NCBI GenBank assembly: GCA_046597055.1
Contig: JBKJLC010000037.1
Location: forward strand, 1 to 64,000
Direction: 5' to 3'
Source: Kofleriaceae bacterium
GTDB taxonomy: Bacteria > Myxococcota_A > Polyangia > Haliangiales > Haliangiaceae
Length of the DNA stretch: 64,000 nt
The position numbers were made by a program, and so were the translations under genes. Every line of letters begins with the position of its first letter. Positions within the stretch are counted from its first letter, which is position 1. The notes under the pieces were generated by a model, which did not search any database, had not been told where the DNA came from, and saw nothing but the letters and a program-made list of their open reading frames with translations. Shown here piece after piece: positions 1 through 9,763 of this stretch.

Positions 1-291
1 GCCGAGCGCGACGACGCGATCGCCCTCTTGACCGAGCTGGTCCGCCACCACGACCGCGAGGGCCTGGTCGTCACCGCCGTCCACCAGCTGATCAGCCTCG
101 AGGCCCGCGACGCGCTCGCCGCCCTGATGCCGCGCGTCGCCGCGCCGCCGCTCCTGACCTGGACCGTCCACGCCGGCCTCCTCGAGGCCGCCCACCGCCT
201 GGGCCTGCCCGCCCCCGACACCGAGCACCTCGTCGACCTCGACGACCTCGAGGTCCAGCTCCAGCTCGCGGCCCTGTCGGTCTTGACCTGA
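1..291 (+). CDS. 3' part of a hypothetical protein, probably starting before the window
   Basis: Open frame with strong GC3 codon bias ending TGA 291; no recognisable motif. Confidence 0.55.
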   Translation, partial: AERDDAIALLTELVRHHDREGLVVTAVHQLISLEARDALAALMPRVAAPPLLTWTVHAGLLEAAHRLGLPAPDTEHLVDLDDLEVQLQLAALSVLT

Positions 292-400
292 CGCTCGAGG
301 GCCGGACCCGCTGAGCGCACGGCGCACTCACACCGTCGTGTGCGCCGGCGTCGTACGCAAGGCGCGCCGGTGGCCGCTGCTGACCGTGCAGGGCTGATGC

Positions 401-1312
401 TCAGTACGTGTAGTCGGTCCGGATCGCCATGGTGCCGGTCGACGGCACGGCCATGTCGACGCGGAACGGCCCGCGCATCTCGCCGGTGAGCGTTCGCCCG
501 GTCGCGCGATCGACGCGCTGCGTGCCTCTCATCACGACCGCCATCGTGCCCTCCGGGATCTTCATGTTCATCCCGACCCGAACGCCGAAGGTGGCGACCT
601 GCGGGTCCGCCTGCTGAAGCGTGCACGCCATCGCGGTCACCTCCGTCCGGGTCGCAAGGTGCCCGAGCTGGCCATTGAGCTCGGCCAGCTGCGCGGCGGT
701 CAGGGCGACCGTCGTGCCGAGCTTCCAGCGCTGATCGGCCAGGATGCGCTCCATGGCGCTGTCACGACCCACCTCGGCGTTGTCGGCGAGGACCGCCATC
801 AGCTCGCGGGTCGGAGGTACCGTGCCATCGGCGCGTGCCGCCGCCAGGGCGCCGCCCTCACGCCACACCAGGTAGCTCTTGCCGGCCAGCGGTGACACCG
901 TCTCCCTGCGCCGGTCGCCCGCGGCCGTGACCTCGTACTTGGCCCGGTAGGTGATCTTGTGGCTGGTCACGAGACCGCCGTCGACGGCCACGACCTCCAC
1001 CACCGTCTCGCTGTGCTGGGTCGTCACGACCTCGTCGTTCAGGCCGCGCCGGGCCGCGATCGTCATCGTCGACACGTCGACCTCGGTCGTCCGGTCGCCG
1101 ACCCTGGGCACTCGGGTCGGCCACGTGAGCTCGTCCGTCGCCCTCAGCGCGTCCGGCGCGGGCTCCGCTGGCCAGGCGGACCCCGGCAAGGCCAGGTCGG
1201 CCTCGGTGTCCTGGGCCGGCGGCGCGCTGCGCGTACTGGCCACGTGCTTCTTCGTGCAGCTCGGGGCGAGCATCAGACATGCAACCAGGGCGAGCCAGGA
1301 GGAGGACTTCAT
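401..1312 (-). CDS. Hypothetical lipoprotein
   Basis: MKSSSWLALVACLMLAPS-C signal/lipobox-like N-terminus, Pro/Ala linker, beta-rich body. Confidence 0.7.
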   Translation of the reverse strand: MKSSSWLALVACLMLAPSCTKKHVASTRSAPPAQDTEADLALPGSAWPAEPAPDALRATDELTWPTRVPRVGDRTTEVDVSTMTIAARRGLNDEVVTTQHSETVVEVVAVDGGLVTSHKITYRAKYEVTAAGDRRRETVSPLAGKSYLVWREGGALAAARADGTVPPTRELMAVLADNAEVGRDSAMERILADQRWKLGTTVALTAAQLAELNGQLGHLATRTEVTAMACTLQQADPQVATFGVRVGMNMKIPEGTMAVVMRGTQRVDRATGRTLTGEMRGPFRVDMAVPSTGTMAIRTDYTY

Positions 1313-1438
1313 GAGCGGCACTATCGCGAAGATGCCTGAACGGTTGCGTGGTCGCGCACGACCCAGGGCCAGGATGTTTCGGAGAAGTCGGAATGAATGG
1401 GCGTCGCGCTCGGCACCCGATCAGTGGCCTGCCGCCGC

Positions 1439-2236
1439 TCAACGGCCCAGGCAGGCGTCGTCCAGGTGAATGATGTAGTTGCCCCAGCCGGGAGCGGCGC
1501 TGTTGACGAACACGTGCAGCGTGAGCCCGCGATCGAACGCGATCGTCAGGTCGCCGGTGACGTCCGCGGCCGCGACGTGCTGCACCCTGGCGCCCGTGAG
1601 CTGGCCGAGGCCGCGCAGCATGAGGCCATCGAGCCCGTCGTCATCGCGCGAGCCACACACGATCCCCGCGGGGGAGTCGAGCCGCCACGCGCAGAGAAGC
1701 GTCAGGCACACCTCGCCAGAGTACTCGCGCTGTTCGGGCGTGATATGAGGGTTTTGCAGCGGCCGGTCCCGCAGGCGCCGGGCGCCGAAGTCGAGCGCCA
1801 CGACTGAGCCGGCGATCGTCCCCCAGCAGACGATCCCGGTCAGGCGTTCGATGGCAGCGTCGAGACCAGGGCGGGCAGCATCGGGGTCGTAGTGCTTGTA
1901 CTCCTCCGCGAGCCGCGGACCAAACAGTCTCCGGATCGCCGGGGAGCTAGGGTCTCCTGGCTCGAGGTTCTCGAGAAACGAGACGGACACGAGTTCCTGT
2001 AGGCGTGGATCCGGGCTGTCCATGCCGTGCTCCAGCAGCAGCATGGCTTGCTTCAGAGCCTCGCCCTCCGCACCGTGCAACGCGACGTCGTTCTCCAGGA
2101 AGCGCACGAGGTCGCCGAAGAGGACGTGCGGCAACACATCGTCATAGTCAGCTACGTGTTCGTCGTAAACGCGATCGAACCCGGGCACGTCAGTGCGGAG
2201 CCGAATGCAGAAGTTGTCATAGGTAAGGCTCGTCAT
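1439..2236 (-). CDS. Two-domain hypothetical protein, probably polymorphic-toxin immunity-like
   Basis: N-domain EH..DY..VLPHVLFGDL...LVSVSFLENL is typical of small immunity-type proteins; second domain LDFG..CAWRLD; ATGA overlap with an upstream truncated ORF. Confidence 0.5.
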   Translation of the reverse strand: MTSLTYDNFCIRLRTDVPGFDRVYDEHVADYDDVLPHVLFGDLVRFLENDVALHGAEGEALKQAMLLLEHGMDSPDPRLQELVSVSFLENLEPGDPSSPAIRRLFGPRLAEEYKHYDPDAARPGLDAAIERLTGIVCWGTIAGSVVALDFGARRLRDRPLQNPHITPEQREYSGEVCLTLLCAWRLDSPAGIVCGSRDDDGLDGLMLRGLGQLTGARVQHVAAADVTGDLTIAFDRGLTLHVFVNSAAPGWGNYIIHLDDACLGR

Positions 2237-2271
2237 CTGCCCGCCAGTGCGCTCTCAAGGTCATTTAGCAT
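2233..2271 (-). pseudogene. C-terminal tail (..MLNDLESALAGR*) of a gene truncated by the IS, putative toxin
   Basis: Stop overlaps the downstream ATG (ATGA); frame cut exactly at the IS left end 2272. Confidence 0.4.
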
Positions 2272-3963
2272 GGGTGTGGATCTTTCTGCGACAGCATGAA
2301 GCCGCATGATTTCGCGAGCTTCTTGCCGGCGACGCTTTCCGGATCGGTCGGTGGTGGGTAGCGTTCGCCGATCCATGAGCCGCAGCAGCCACGAGACGAT
2401 CGCCAGCGACAGCCTCTTCTGCGAGGCTGACGCGCCGATGGACCGGATCAAGAAGCGCCTGCTGGCACGCGAGGCCCTCACCCTCGAGCACAGCGCCATC
2501 GAGCGGCTGCTGCAGACGGAGGGCAACGAGCTGATCCGTATGCTGCTGCAGAGCCACCTCGACCTGCGCGCGATGCTGGAGAAGCCCGTCGAGGTGGTCG
2601 GCGCCGACGGCGTCGAGCGGACGCAGGCCCGGGCGAGCGCGCGACAGCTGGAGACCGTGTTCGGCGAGGTGCGCGTGCCGCGACAGCTGTATCAGGCCCC
2701 GGGGGTCGAGGGGCTGGCGCCGATCGATGCGTCGCTCAACCTGCCGTCGGAGCTGTACTCGCACGAAGTGAGACGGCTCGTCGCGGAGGAGAGCTCGCGC
2801 GGGTCGTACGAGGAGGTGGTGGAGCTGATCGGGAAGCGGACGGGCGCCCACGTCGCCAAGCGCCAGGTCGAGGAGCTGGCGGTCCGGGCGGCGCGGGACT
2901 TCGACGGCTTCTATCGCGAGCGGGCGGTCACGGCAGAGGCCACAACCGACCTGCTGATCTTGAGCTTCGACGGCAAGGGCATCGCGATGCGGCATGAGGA
3001 TCTGCGCGAGGCGACGCGCAAGGCGGCGGAGAAGACGCCGCACAAGCTGCAGACCCGACTGGCGTCGGGGGAGAAGCCGAACCGCAAGCGGATGGCACAG
3101 GTCGCGGCGATCTACACGATCGCGCCGTGGGTGCGGACCGTCGCCGACGTCCTGCACACCCTGCGCCCCGACGACATCGAGGCCCGTCGGCCGCGGCCTG
3201 TCCAGAAGCGAGTCTGGGCGAGCGTCGCGCACACCTCGCAGCGCGTGATCGAGGATGCATTCGCCGAGGCGCTCCGCCGCGATCCGGAACGTCGCCGCCG
3301 GTGGGTCGTGCTGGTGGATGGCCATCCCGATCAGCTGCGGCGGATCCAGCAGGCGATCCGCGCGGCGAAGGTCAAAGCCACGATCGTCCTCGACATCGTC
3401 CACGTGCTCGAATACCTGTGGGCCGCCGCCTACGCCTTCCATCCCGCCGGTTCCGTCGACGCCGAGACGTGGGTGAGGCACCGGCTGCTCGCGGTGCTGA
3501 CCACGCGCAGCGTGCGCACCGTCGCCCGAAGCATCTGCCTGATGATCAACCGCCACAACCTGTCCGGCGCGAAGGCCTCGGCGGTCCACGACTGTGCGGC
3601 CTACTTGATCGCGACCGCGAAATGGCAGCGCTATGCCGTGGCCCTCGCCGACGGCCTGCCGATCGCGACCGGCGTGATCGAAGGCGCGTGTCGTTACCTC
3701 GTCCAGGACCGCATGGGACGCACGGGCGCGCGCTGGTCCCTCGCGGGCGCCGAGGCGATCCTTCGCCTTCGCGCGCTTCGCGCCAACGGCGACTTCGACG
3801 CCTACTGGGCCTTCCACCTCGCCAAGGAGCGTGGTCGCAACCATGGCTCGCACTACGCGAACGCCGCTCCCCCCAACCCGCTCCCCCGCCCGAGACCCGC
3901 CCTGAAGTTGGTCAAGTGATCGGAATCTCTCCCGTCGAGCCGCGACCCAATGGAGCCACACCC
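2272..3963 (+). mobile_element. ISKra4-family insertion sequence
   Basis: Imperfect terminal inverted repeats GGGTGTGGATCTTT (2272) and AATGGAGCCACACCC (ends 3963) around a transposase; no target duplication seen. Confidence 0.85.
2375..3919 (+). CDS. ISKra4-family DDE transposase
   Basis: [24 protein letters not shown] and [23 protein letters not shown] motifs; start uncertain (2306/2375/2438). Confidence 0.9.
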   Translation: MSRSSHETIASDSLFCEADAPMDRIKKRLLAREALTLEHSAIERLLQTEGNELIRMLLQSHLDLRAMLEKPVEVVGADGVERTQARASARQLETVFGEVRVPRQLYQAPGVEGLAPIDASLNLPSELYSHEVRRLVAEESSRGSYEEVVELIGKRTGAHVAKRQVEELAVRAARDFDGFYRERAVTAEATTDLLILSFDGKGIAMRHEDLREATRKAAEKTPHKLQTRLASGEKPNRKRMAQVAAIYTIAPWVRTVADVLHTLRPDDIEARRPRPVQKRVWASVAHTSQRVIEDAFAEALRRDPERRRRWVVLVDGHPDQLRRIQQAIRAAKVKATIVLDIVHVLEYLWAAAYAFHPAGSVDAETWVRHRLLAVLTTRSVRTVARSICLMINRHNLSGAKASAVHDCAAYLIATAKWQRYAVALADGLPIATGVIEGACRYLVQDRMGRTGARWSLAGAEAILRLRALRANGDFDAYWAFHLAKERGRNHGSHYANAAPPNPLPRPRPALKLVK

Positions 3964-4140
3964 AACTCGCACCTCAGCACTGGCTCGCGAACCGCGCGCG
4001 GATCGATCCGAGCGAGCTCCTCCGCTGTCCCACGTCACGGTCCCGCCGCCGTTCCCCGCGTCGTCGACCTCCGCAGGCGGAATACCGACGCTACGAAGGC
4101 CGCCCCGGCTGCCGCTACGTGGGGTTCACACATCGCATAC
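3964..4140 (+). mobile_element. IS66-family right-end remnant
   Basis: Encodes LAPQHWLANRARIDPSEL../HVTVPPP (frameshifted), resembling myxobacterial IS66 TnpC C-termini; ends GGTTCACACATCGCATAC (reverse GTATGCG.., IS66-like end). Confidence 0.55.
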
Positions 4141-4273
4141 TGATCTCCGCGGGCACCGCGACCAGAATCAGCTCTCGAATGTCCTTGGCGCCAAACGATA
4201 ATTCCCGATCCAGGCGACGTCGATCTACGCTCGTCAAGCAAGCTTCATTTTCCTCATTTTCAGGAACCTCGAC

Positions 4274-5029
4274 ATGAGCGATCGGACGACTGCGACCGAA
4301 GTGATTTTACGCTCTGAAAGCTCCACGGCTCGGGTGGTGTGGTGTGGCGACAACTGGCGTAGTGGTCACTCGCTGCTCGCGACCGACCGCGAAGCGGCGC
4401 GTCACGTTCGCGGTCGCCTCGGCATTGGCGCCTCGATGCCGCATGACCGCCGTAACGTGATCGTCACGAGTTGCTTTGGGACCGGTACCGTAACCTCACG
4501 TGGGTATCCACCATGGCAGTGGTCGTACGTTCATGGTCGCGAGCTCGTGCCGGAACAGTCCGTCGCACGGACGCTCACTGACGGGGCATCGCTTGGATCC
4601 CTCGATTCCACGATCGAACGTTGCTTGGCTCGCGTGCGCTACCTTGCACATCAAGTCGTCAAGCCGGCAACCTGGCAGGGCGCTCCTTTACCGCGGGCTC
4701 TACACATCGACTATCTCGACCGCGAGCGCAATGCATGGAGTCAGCTTGCCCAGGCGACGCTCTGCGAGCGGATGGATGCCGTGTTCAACCCCCGCGAGAT
4801 CTGCGACGCACTGATCTGGGAGCTGCACGAGCTGGGTCACTCGTTCGGTTATTTCGACGAGAATGGGTCGACATGGATCACCTACCTGCAGCCTGGCAGG
4901 TCCATCACGATGTACTTCCCCGATGTCCCGGAGATCTATGCCGGGCGCTTTGTCGACGTCGACGAAGGCAGCGCGCTGCTCGGGCATTGCGCCGTCGGGA
5001 TCGACATCGCTGGGCCTGACGTGCGGTAG
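4274..5029 (+). CDS. Hypothetical protein, visibly lower GC
   Basis: 251-aa ORF after an AT-rich stretch and AGGA; no motif recognised. Confidence 0.5.
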   Translation: MSDRTTATEVILRSESSTARVVWCGDNWRSGHSLLATDREAARHVRGRLGIGASMPHDRRNVIVTSCFGTGTVTSRGYPPWQWSYVHGRELVPEQSVARTLTDGASLGSLDSTIERCLARVRYLAHQVVKPATWQGAPLPRALHIDYLDRERNAWSQLAQATLCERMDAVFNPREICDALIWELHELGHSFGYFDENGSTWITYLQPGRSITMYFPDVPEIYAGRFVDVDEGSALLGHCAVGIDIAGPDVR

Positions 5030-5183
5030 TTGTCGTTCGGGTCGTTCGGGTTGGTTGGCCGCTTCCACGGCGGTGGGATCGGTGTCGGGGTGGTCCTCTG
5101 GTAGTTGTCGTTCGGTGCGGTGGTGGAACGTCGTTATCTGCGATCGGCGTACCCATGGCATGCTCCTGGTGTCGAGGGGGCGA

Positions 5184-5906
5184 CTACTCGCCGCGCTTGA
5201 TCGGGATCCAGAGGACTGGACAGCCGGCGTCGCGCACCACGTGCTCGGTGCGGCTCCCGAGCAACCCATCGGCAAGCCCGTCGTGGCCGCGGGTCACCAT
5301 CACGATCGCGCAGGCATGGCGCTTGCGAGCCTCGTCGAGGATGGCCTCGGCGATCCGGCCGTGCGTGACGCGCACGACTTCGAGCTCGGCGCGCGCTCCG
5401 GCGAGCGCGACCAGCGCCCGCGCCGCGGTGAGCCCGCGCTCCGCCTCAGCTTCGTCGCCGGCGGGGAACATCACCCGCTGCAGGTCGATCGCGCCGGTCG
5501 CCAGGTCGACGAAACCGCGCACGTGATTGGGCACGATCAGCATCGGCACCGTGACGTTGCGTGCGACCGCCTCGGCGACGCTATCGACCAGCAACGCGGC
5601 GAGCCCGTGGCGCGCGTGGGTTCCGGCGACGATCAGCTGCGGCGCCACCGTGCGGACTGCGTCGATCACCGTGTCGGCGACCTCGTCGCAACACTCGTGG
5701 CAGATCCGCTGTTGATGGATCGGGCGGCCCCACCGTGCGGCCAGCGGCGCCGCGTCGGGCAGGCGGGTCACGTCGACCGCGGCGGCGTTGCCGTGGATGG
5801 TGACCAGCCGCGCCCCGCTGGCGGCGGCGAGCGCGGCGGCGTGGTGGAACGCGGCGAGATCGTCACCGGTGAGGTCGGTGGTGTGGGCAATCGTGATCGT
5901 CGCCAT
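5184..5906 (-). CDS. Universal stress protein, two USP domains
   Basis: IAHTTDL, LIVAGTHARHGLAALLVDSVAE, VMVTRG..LLGSRTEHVVRDAGCPVL. Confidence 0.85.
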   Translation of the reverse strand: MATITIAHTTDLTGDDLAAFHHAAALAAASGARLVTIHGNAAAVDVTRLPDAAPLAARWGRPIHQQRICHECCDEVADTVIDAVRTVAPQLIVAGTHARHGLAALLVDSVAEAVARNVTVPMLIVPNHVRGFVDLATGAIDLQRVMFPAGDEAEAERGLTAARALVALAGARAELEVVRVTHGRIAEAILDEARKRHACAIVMVTRGHDGLADGLLGSRTEHVVRDAGCPVLWIPIKRGE

Positions 5907-5928
5907 GTCAGCGCTCCTCACCGCGGAT

Positions 5929-6366
5929 CTAGCAGCCCATCCGGTCGGAGGCCACGTCCATGCCCTCGACCATCTCGTCCATCACCCCGGCGTGGCGAGT
6001 CACCTCGTCGGACGCCGTGTCGAGATCCGTCGACCGATCCATCACCGCGCCGTGCTGGTCCATCTCCCCGTTCATGTCGCCGTGCATGTCGCGGAGATCC
6101 TGCATGCCGGACCCCGTGCAGTGCGTCATCCCGTCCATCCCGTTCCCCATCGTTCCCATCATGTCGTCCATCGTGGCCTCGTGCCGGTCCATCTCGTCGC
6201 GCACCTGCGCGAGGGAGCCGGCGGCGTCGATCGCGGCGCGGTGGGCGTCGTTCTCCTGCCGCGCATCGTCGACCATCGACCTGATCCAGTCGCGGTCCGA
6301 CATCATCGAGCCGCCACAACCAGCCGCGCCGAGCGCAGCCGCGACCATCCAGATTGCTGTCTTCAT
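5929..6366 (-). CDS. Met/His/Asp-rich lipoprotein, putative metal (copper) binding
   Basis: Lipobox LGAAG-C; repeats such as MDRHEATMDDMMGTM, MHGDMNGEMDQHGAVM, HAGVMDEMVEGM. Confidence 0.7.
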   Translation of the reverse strand: MKTAIWMVAAALGAAGCGGSMMSDRDWIRSMVDDARQENDAHRAAIDAAGSLAQVRDEMDRHEATMDDMMGTMGNGMDGMTHCTGSGMQDLRDMHGDMNGEMDQHGAVMDRSTDLDTASDEVTRHAGVMDEMVEGMDVASDRMGC

Positions 6367-6394
6367 GAGTGAACCTCTTGGACTTGGTGCAATT

Positions 6395-6409
6395 GCAAGG
6401 GCCGAGCCG
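6395..6409 (-). promoter_or_regulatory. sigma54-type promoter of the Met-rich lipoprotein gene
   Basis: CGGCTC-GGCCC-TTGC on the minus strand (GG-N10-GC). Confidence 0.55.
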
Positions 6410-6448
6410 GCTGTCAGGTCGACAGCTTGCGACGGCACCGGGTCGGGA

Positions 6449-7330
6449 TCAGAAGGACAGCGAGAGCCCGGCCTGGGCGATCGTCGCATCGACCACGTTG
6501 TGTCCGTAGACGGTGCGGAAGTAGGCCGCCCACACCGTCAGGCCGCTGCGTACACGGAACGCCACGTTGAGCCCTGGTGCCAGCGTGTCCTTGGCCAGGC
6601 CGTGGCCGAAGGCGATGCCGCCCGTGAACGACGCGGTCGCCGTCCACGCCGCGGTCAGGCGCACCGGCACGACGATCGAGGGTGTGATCTCGTCCTTGAT
6701 GCCACCGAGACGGAGCTTGTATCCAACGCCGACGACGATGGCAACGCGCGGGCTCCCCACCTCGTGCACGGCGAGCACGACCTTGGTCTCCTGGTCCAGC
6801 TGCTTGGTGCCGGTCGCCTCGCTCTCCGGGTAGGTCCCCGGGATCTTGACCGACGCGATCAGCGAGGCTGAACCCCAGCTCACCGGGTGCGTGAAGCGGC
6901 CGGCGACGGAGCTATCGGTGAGGCTCCACACCCTGTCCCCTTCCGTCACGCCGGTCACGCCGTCGATCAAGAGGAGCTGGCCACCCGTGGAAGCCGACAG
7001 CGCCCACCGAGTGGCAGCCTGGTACTCGACGTAGGCCGTGAGCGAGTAGCCCTGGATGCCGCCGGCGGCCGCTCGCGGCGCCCGCTCGCCCGCATCGTCG
7101 AACATGCCGTCGGCGGTGAGGAACGCGGCCAGCGTGCGCACGTCCCAGCGATCACGGCGGGGGTTCGCGAGACTGTCCATTCCGGCCGGCGACGCCTGGC
7201 CTGGGTTGCTTCCCGTATGGTGCGAGGGCTCGCCGGCGGCATCTCGCGCCGGTGCGGAAAGCGCCATCGCTGCGACGGCCATGGTGGTTGCCCATCGGCA
7301 CGCGGTACGTGGTCGTTCCGGCATGCTCAT
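6449..7330 (-). CDS. Putative outer-membrane beta-barrel protein
   Basis: Signal peptide (..AAMALSAPARDAA), alternating amphipathic strands, C-terminal AGLSLSF. Confidence 0.6.
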   Translation of the reverse strand: MSMPERPRTACRWATTMAVAAMALSAPARDAAGEPSHHTGSNPGQASPAGMDSLANPRRDRWDVRTLAAFLTADGMFDDAGERAPRAAAGGIQGYSLTAYVEYQAATRWALSASTGGQLLLIDGVTGVTEGDRVWSLTDSSVAGRFTHPVSWGSASLIASVKIPGTYPESEATGTKQLDQETKVVLAVHEVGSPRVAIVVGVGYKLRLGGIKDEITPSIVVPVRLTAAWTATASFTGGIAFGHGLAKDTLAPGLNVAFRVRSGLTVWAAYFRTVYGHNVVDATIAQAGLSLSF

Positions 7331-7365
7331 CTCCCCGTGCTTCTGTGCGGCATGCTCCCGAGAGA

Positions 7366-7380
7366 GCAAGCACCACGCCG
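7366..7380 (-). promoter_or_regulatory. sigma54-type promoter
   Basis: CGGCGT-GGTGC-TTGC on the minus strand upstream of the beta-barrel gene. Confidence 0.6.
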
Positions 7381-7484
7381 GGCAACGTGACGTTGGCGGT
7401 CACACGTGCGAGAAACGAAGTCGCCGGTTTCTCCTCGTGCGTACGGTGGACGCCCGAAAATAATGCGCGGACACCGAGTCAGGT

Positions 7485-7499
7485 GCGCAAGGGCTGCGC
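7485..7499. promoter_or_regulatory. GCGCA-N5-TGCGC palindrome, putative activator (NmpR-like) site
   Basis: GCGCA AGGGC TGCGC about 105 bp upstream of the sigma54 motif at 7380. Confidence 0.6.
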
Positions 7500-7657
7500 G
7501 CTGCAGCAATCGAGGTCGACTGGACGCGGCGCTTGACCAGCGTGGTCACGAGCGCCTTGTCGGCCACCCGGGGCCCCCGCCGATCTCGCCAGCTGCGTCT
7601 TCGACGAGCGGGATCTGGGCTTGATCCACTCCCGTGGACGGTTTGGTTACGTCGCCA

Positions 7658-7930
7658 TCACTTCGCCGACCGACGCGTGCGACGGCGCGTCGGTGGGGAT
7701 CCGGGTGCTCCGGCAGGCTTCCTCAAGGCCTCCGGCTTCGATTTGGGGAGTGCGCTGGTGCGTGCGACGTGGGCGGCGGCCCACTCGTCGACGCACCGGC
7801 GGATCGCCTCGGAGAGGCCCGTGGCTTCTCGACGCGACCGCTGTTCAAGAACGCGAACCTGTCGCGCCGACAGGCGGACGGCGACAAGCGTGCCCTTCGG
7901 GTCGTTGGTTGGCCGTCCACCTACCTGCAC
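7658..7930 (-). CDS. Small ribbon-helix-helix (CopG-like) DNA-binding protein
   Basis: GRP..PKGTLVAVRLS..LEQRSRREATGLSEAIRRCVDEW; TATAAC 7 nt upstream of the GTG. Confidence 0.5.
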   Translation of the reverse strand: MQVGGRPTNDPKGTLVAVRLSARQVRVLEQRSRREATGLSEAIRRCVDEWAAAHVARTSALPKSKPEALRKPAGAPGSPPTRRRTRRSAK

Positions 7931-7979
7931 AGGTTTTGTTATACACAAGGTCGACGCCGTCGGCAAGGCACTGCGGCGT

Positions 7980-8278
7980 CCGGAGCGCAGACCTTCCGCA
8001 TGACCAAGCAGGGTGCGCTCGCGTACTTTGTCGGCGGCGATTCGAGCTACCCCGACGATATCGGCTTCGCGCTTAAAGGGTGGGTCAAGTGCGAGCCAGT
8101 GATCGCGGGCGTGGTCGCGCACGGTGACATCGCCATCGCGATGGGCAACGTACGCTTCGAGGACGCGAAGGGGAACGTGGCGACGGTCGACAAGACCTCC
8201 GGCTACCTTCGTCGCGCCGCCGGCGACCTGCGAATCGTCCTTCATCACTCGTCACTGCCTTATGCGCCGGCCGAATGA
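7980..8278 (+). pseudogene. 5'-truncated COG4337 / iota-type carbonic anhydrase-like gene
   Basis: GALAYFVGGD..YPDDIGFALKGW..AMGNVRF..VDKTSGY..LRIVLHHSSLPY; N-terminal part missing. Confidence 0.6.
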
Positions 8279-8520
8279 TCGCCTCACGGCGACATCCTCG
8301 GCATGATCACCACCTTCGGTCGGTGTTGATCTGCTGCGGAGTACCTGGTGCGGAGGCAAGGAGGGTCATCTCCAGGGGATGGCGCCGATCTTGCGACGCC
8401 AGGGTGGCGTCCGGCTTGCGCGACGCCGCTCTCGGCTTGCGCCCGTGTTTCGCAGAGCGTCCACCGAGCGCACGCCCCAATGTGCATCGTGTGAACCGTC
8501 GCGACCGCAAGCGCGGACGG

Positions 8521-9276
8521 CTACTGCGGGATGTCCTCGACGTGCGGGATCTGGTTCAGCTTGACGATCTTGGTCTTGCGCGTGGTCCTGATGTTGATCA
8601 TCTCGACGAACACGCTGAAGCCCATCGCGCCGTAGATGTAGCCCTTCGGGATGTGCGCGCCGGATCCCTCGGCGACCAGGACGAGACCGATCATCAGCAA
8701 GAACGACAACGCGAGCACCTTGACCGATGGGTGGCGCTCGACAAACGTGCTGATAGTCTTGCCGAGCAGCAACATTACGATCAGCGCGATCACGTTCGCG
8801 GCGATCATCACGCTGATGTAGTCGGTCATCCCGACCGCAGTGATCACGCTGTCGATCGAGAACACCATGTCGAGCACCATGATCTGGAGAATCACGGCGC
8901 CGAACGTGGTCGTCGCCTTCGCCAGCGCGTCCTCGTCCGCCGCCTCGAGCTTGTGGTGAATCTCTTTGGTCGCCTTGTAGAGCAGGAACAGGCCGCCCGC
9001 GAGCAGGATCAACGCCTTGCCAGAGAAGCCTTTGCCGGCGAACTCGAACAGTGGCTGGTCGAGCTTCACGATCCACGAGATCGTGGCGAGCAAGCCGAGA
9101 CGCGAGATGAACGCGCCTGCGAGCCCGAGCTTGCGTGCGCGCTCGCGCTGAGATGCGGGTAACCGACCTGACAGGATCGCGATGAAGATGAGGTTGTCGA
9201 CGCCGAGGACGATCTCGAGTGCGGTGAGCGTCGCGAGGCTCAGCCACACCTCGGGAGATGACAGGAGATCGACCAT
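8521..9276 (-). CDS. TerC family integral membrane protein
   Basis: LEIVLGVDN and DMVFSIDSVITAVGM motifs. Confidence 0.92.
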   Translation of the reverse strand: MVDLLSSPEVWLSLATLTALEIVLGVDNLIFIAILSGRLPASQRERARKLGLAGAFISRLGLLATISWIVKLDQPLFEFAGKGFSGKALILLAGGLFLLYKATKEIHHKLEAADEDALAKATTTFGAVILQIMVLDMVFSIDSVITAVGMTDYISVMIAANVIALIVMLLLGKTISTFVERHPSVKVLALSFLLMIGLVLVAEGSGAHIPKGYIYGAMGFSVFVEMINIRTTRKTKIVKLNQIPHVEDIPQ

Positions 9277-9680
9277 GGCCGGACTATGACTTGCTCGGCC
9301 CGCAATAGCGACGGCAGGAGCCCGGCGGATGCTCGTCGCGCTCGTGCTCAGGGCTCGCGCGACCGCGCGGGTTCAGATTCAGCATGGACGATGAGCGCGG
9401 AGGCCGCGCATCAGGTCGTCACTCGGGACCTCCGGCGCGCAACCACAGGCCCGGCCGCGACTCCGCTCGCCATCAGTCAGCGGGATGCGCGAGCCGAGGC
9501 GCGACGGACCTGCACCAGCCGGCAATCGCAGTAGTTGGGCATCGCGCGGACGCACTCGTTCAGGCATGGGCGAACAAGCCCCGCAAGCCGGAGCCCAGCC
9601 GGAGCCCAGCCGGATCGTCGTGTGGTGGCGACGCTGGTAGGCGGTAGGCGGGCCCCGAACCAGCATGAAGGCGCGGTTTC

Positions 9681-9760
9681 ATCGACCAGTCGGACGTTAC
9701 GTCCCAATACGTTGGAGAATCGTACGTATGTCGACTCCGCTTGAATGGCTGAACTATCAG
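9681..9760 (+). pseudogene. Duplicated promoter plus first about 10 codons of the NhaR-like regulator
   Basis: cgtcccaatacgttggagaatcgtacgtATGtcgactccgcttgaatggctgaactatca matches 11781-11840; MSTPLEWLNY versus MSTPMEWLNY. Confidence 0.8.
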
Positions 9761-9763
9761 GAG

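Noticed and set aside
9687..9700. CAGTCGGACGTTAC resembling an IS66 terminal repeat
   Set aside because: It aligns with the nhaR promoter at 11761-11785, so it is part of the duplicated promoter; no partner end or transposase
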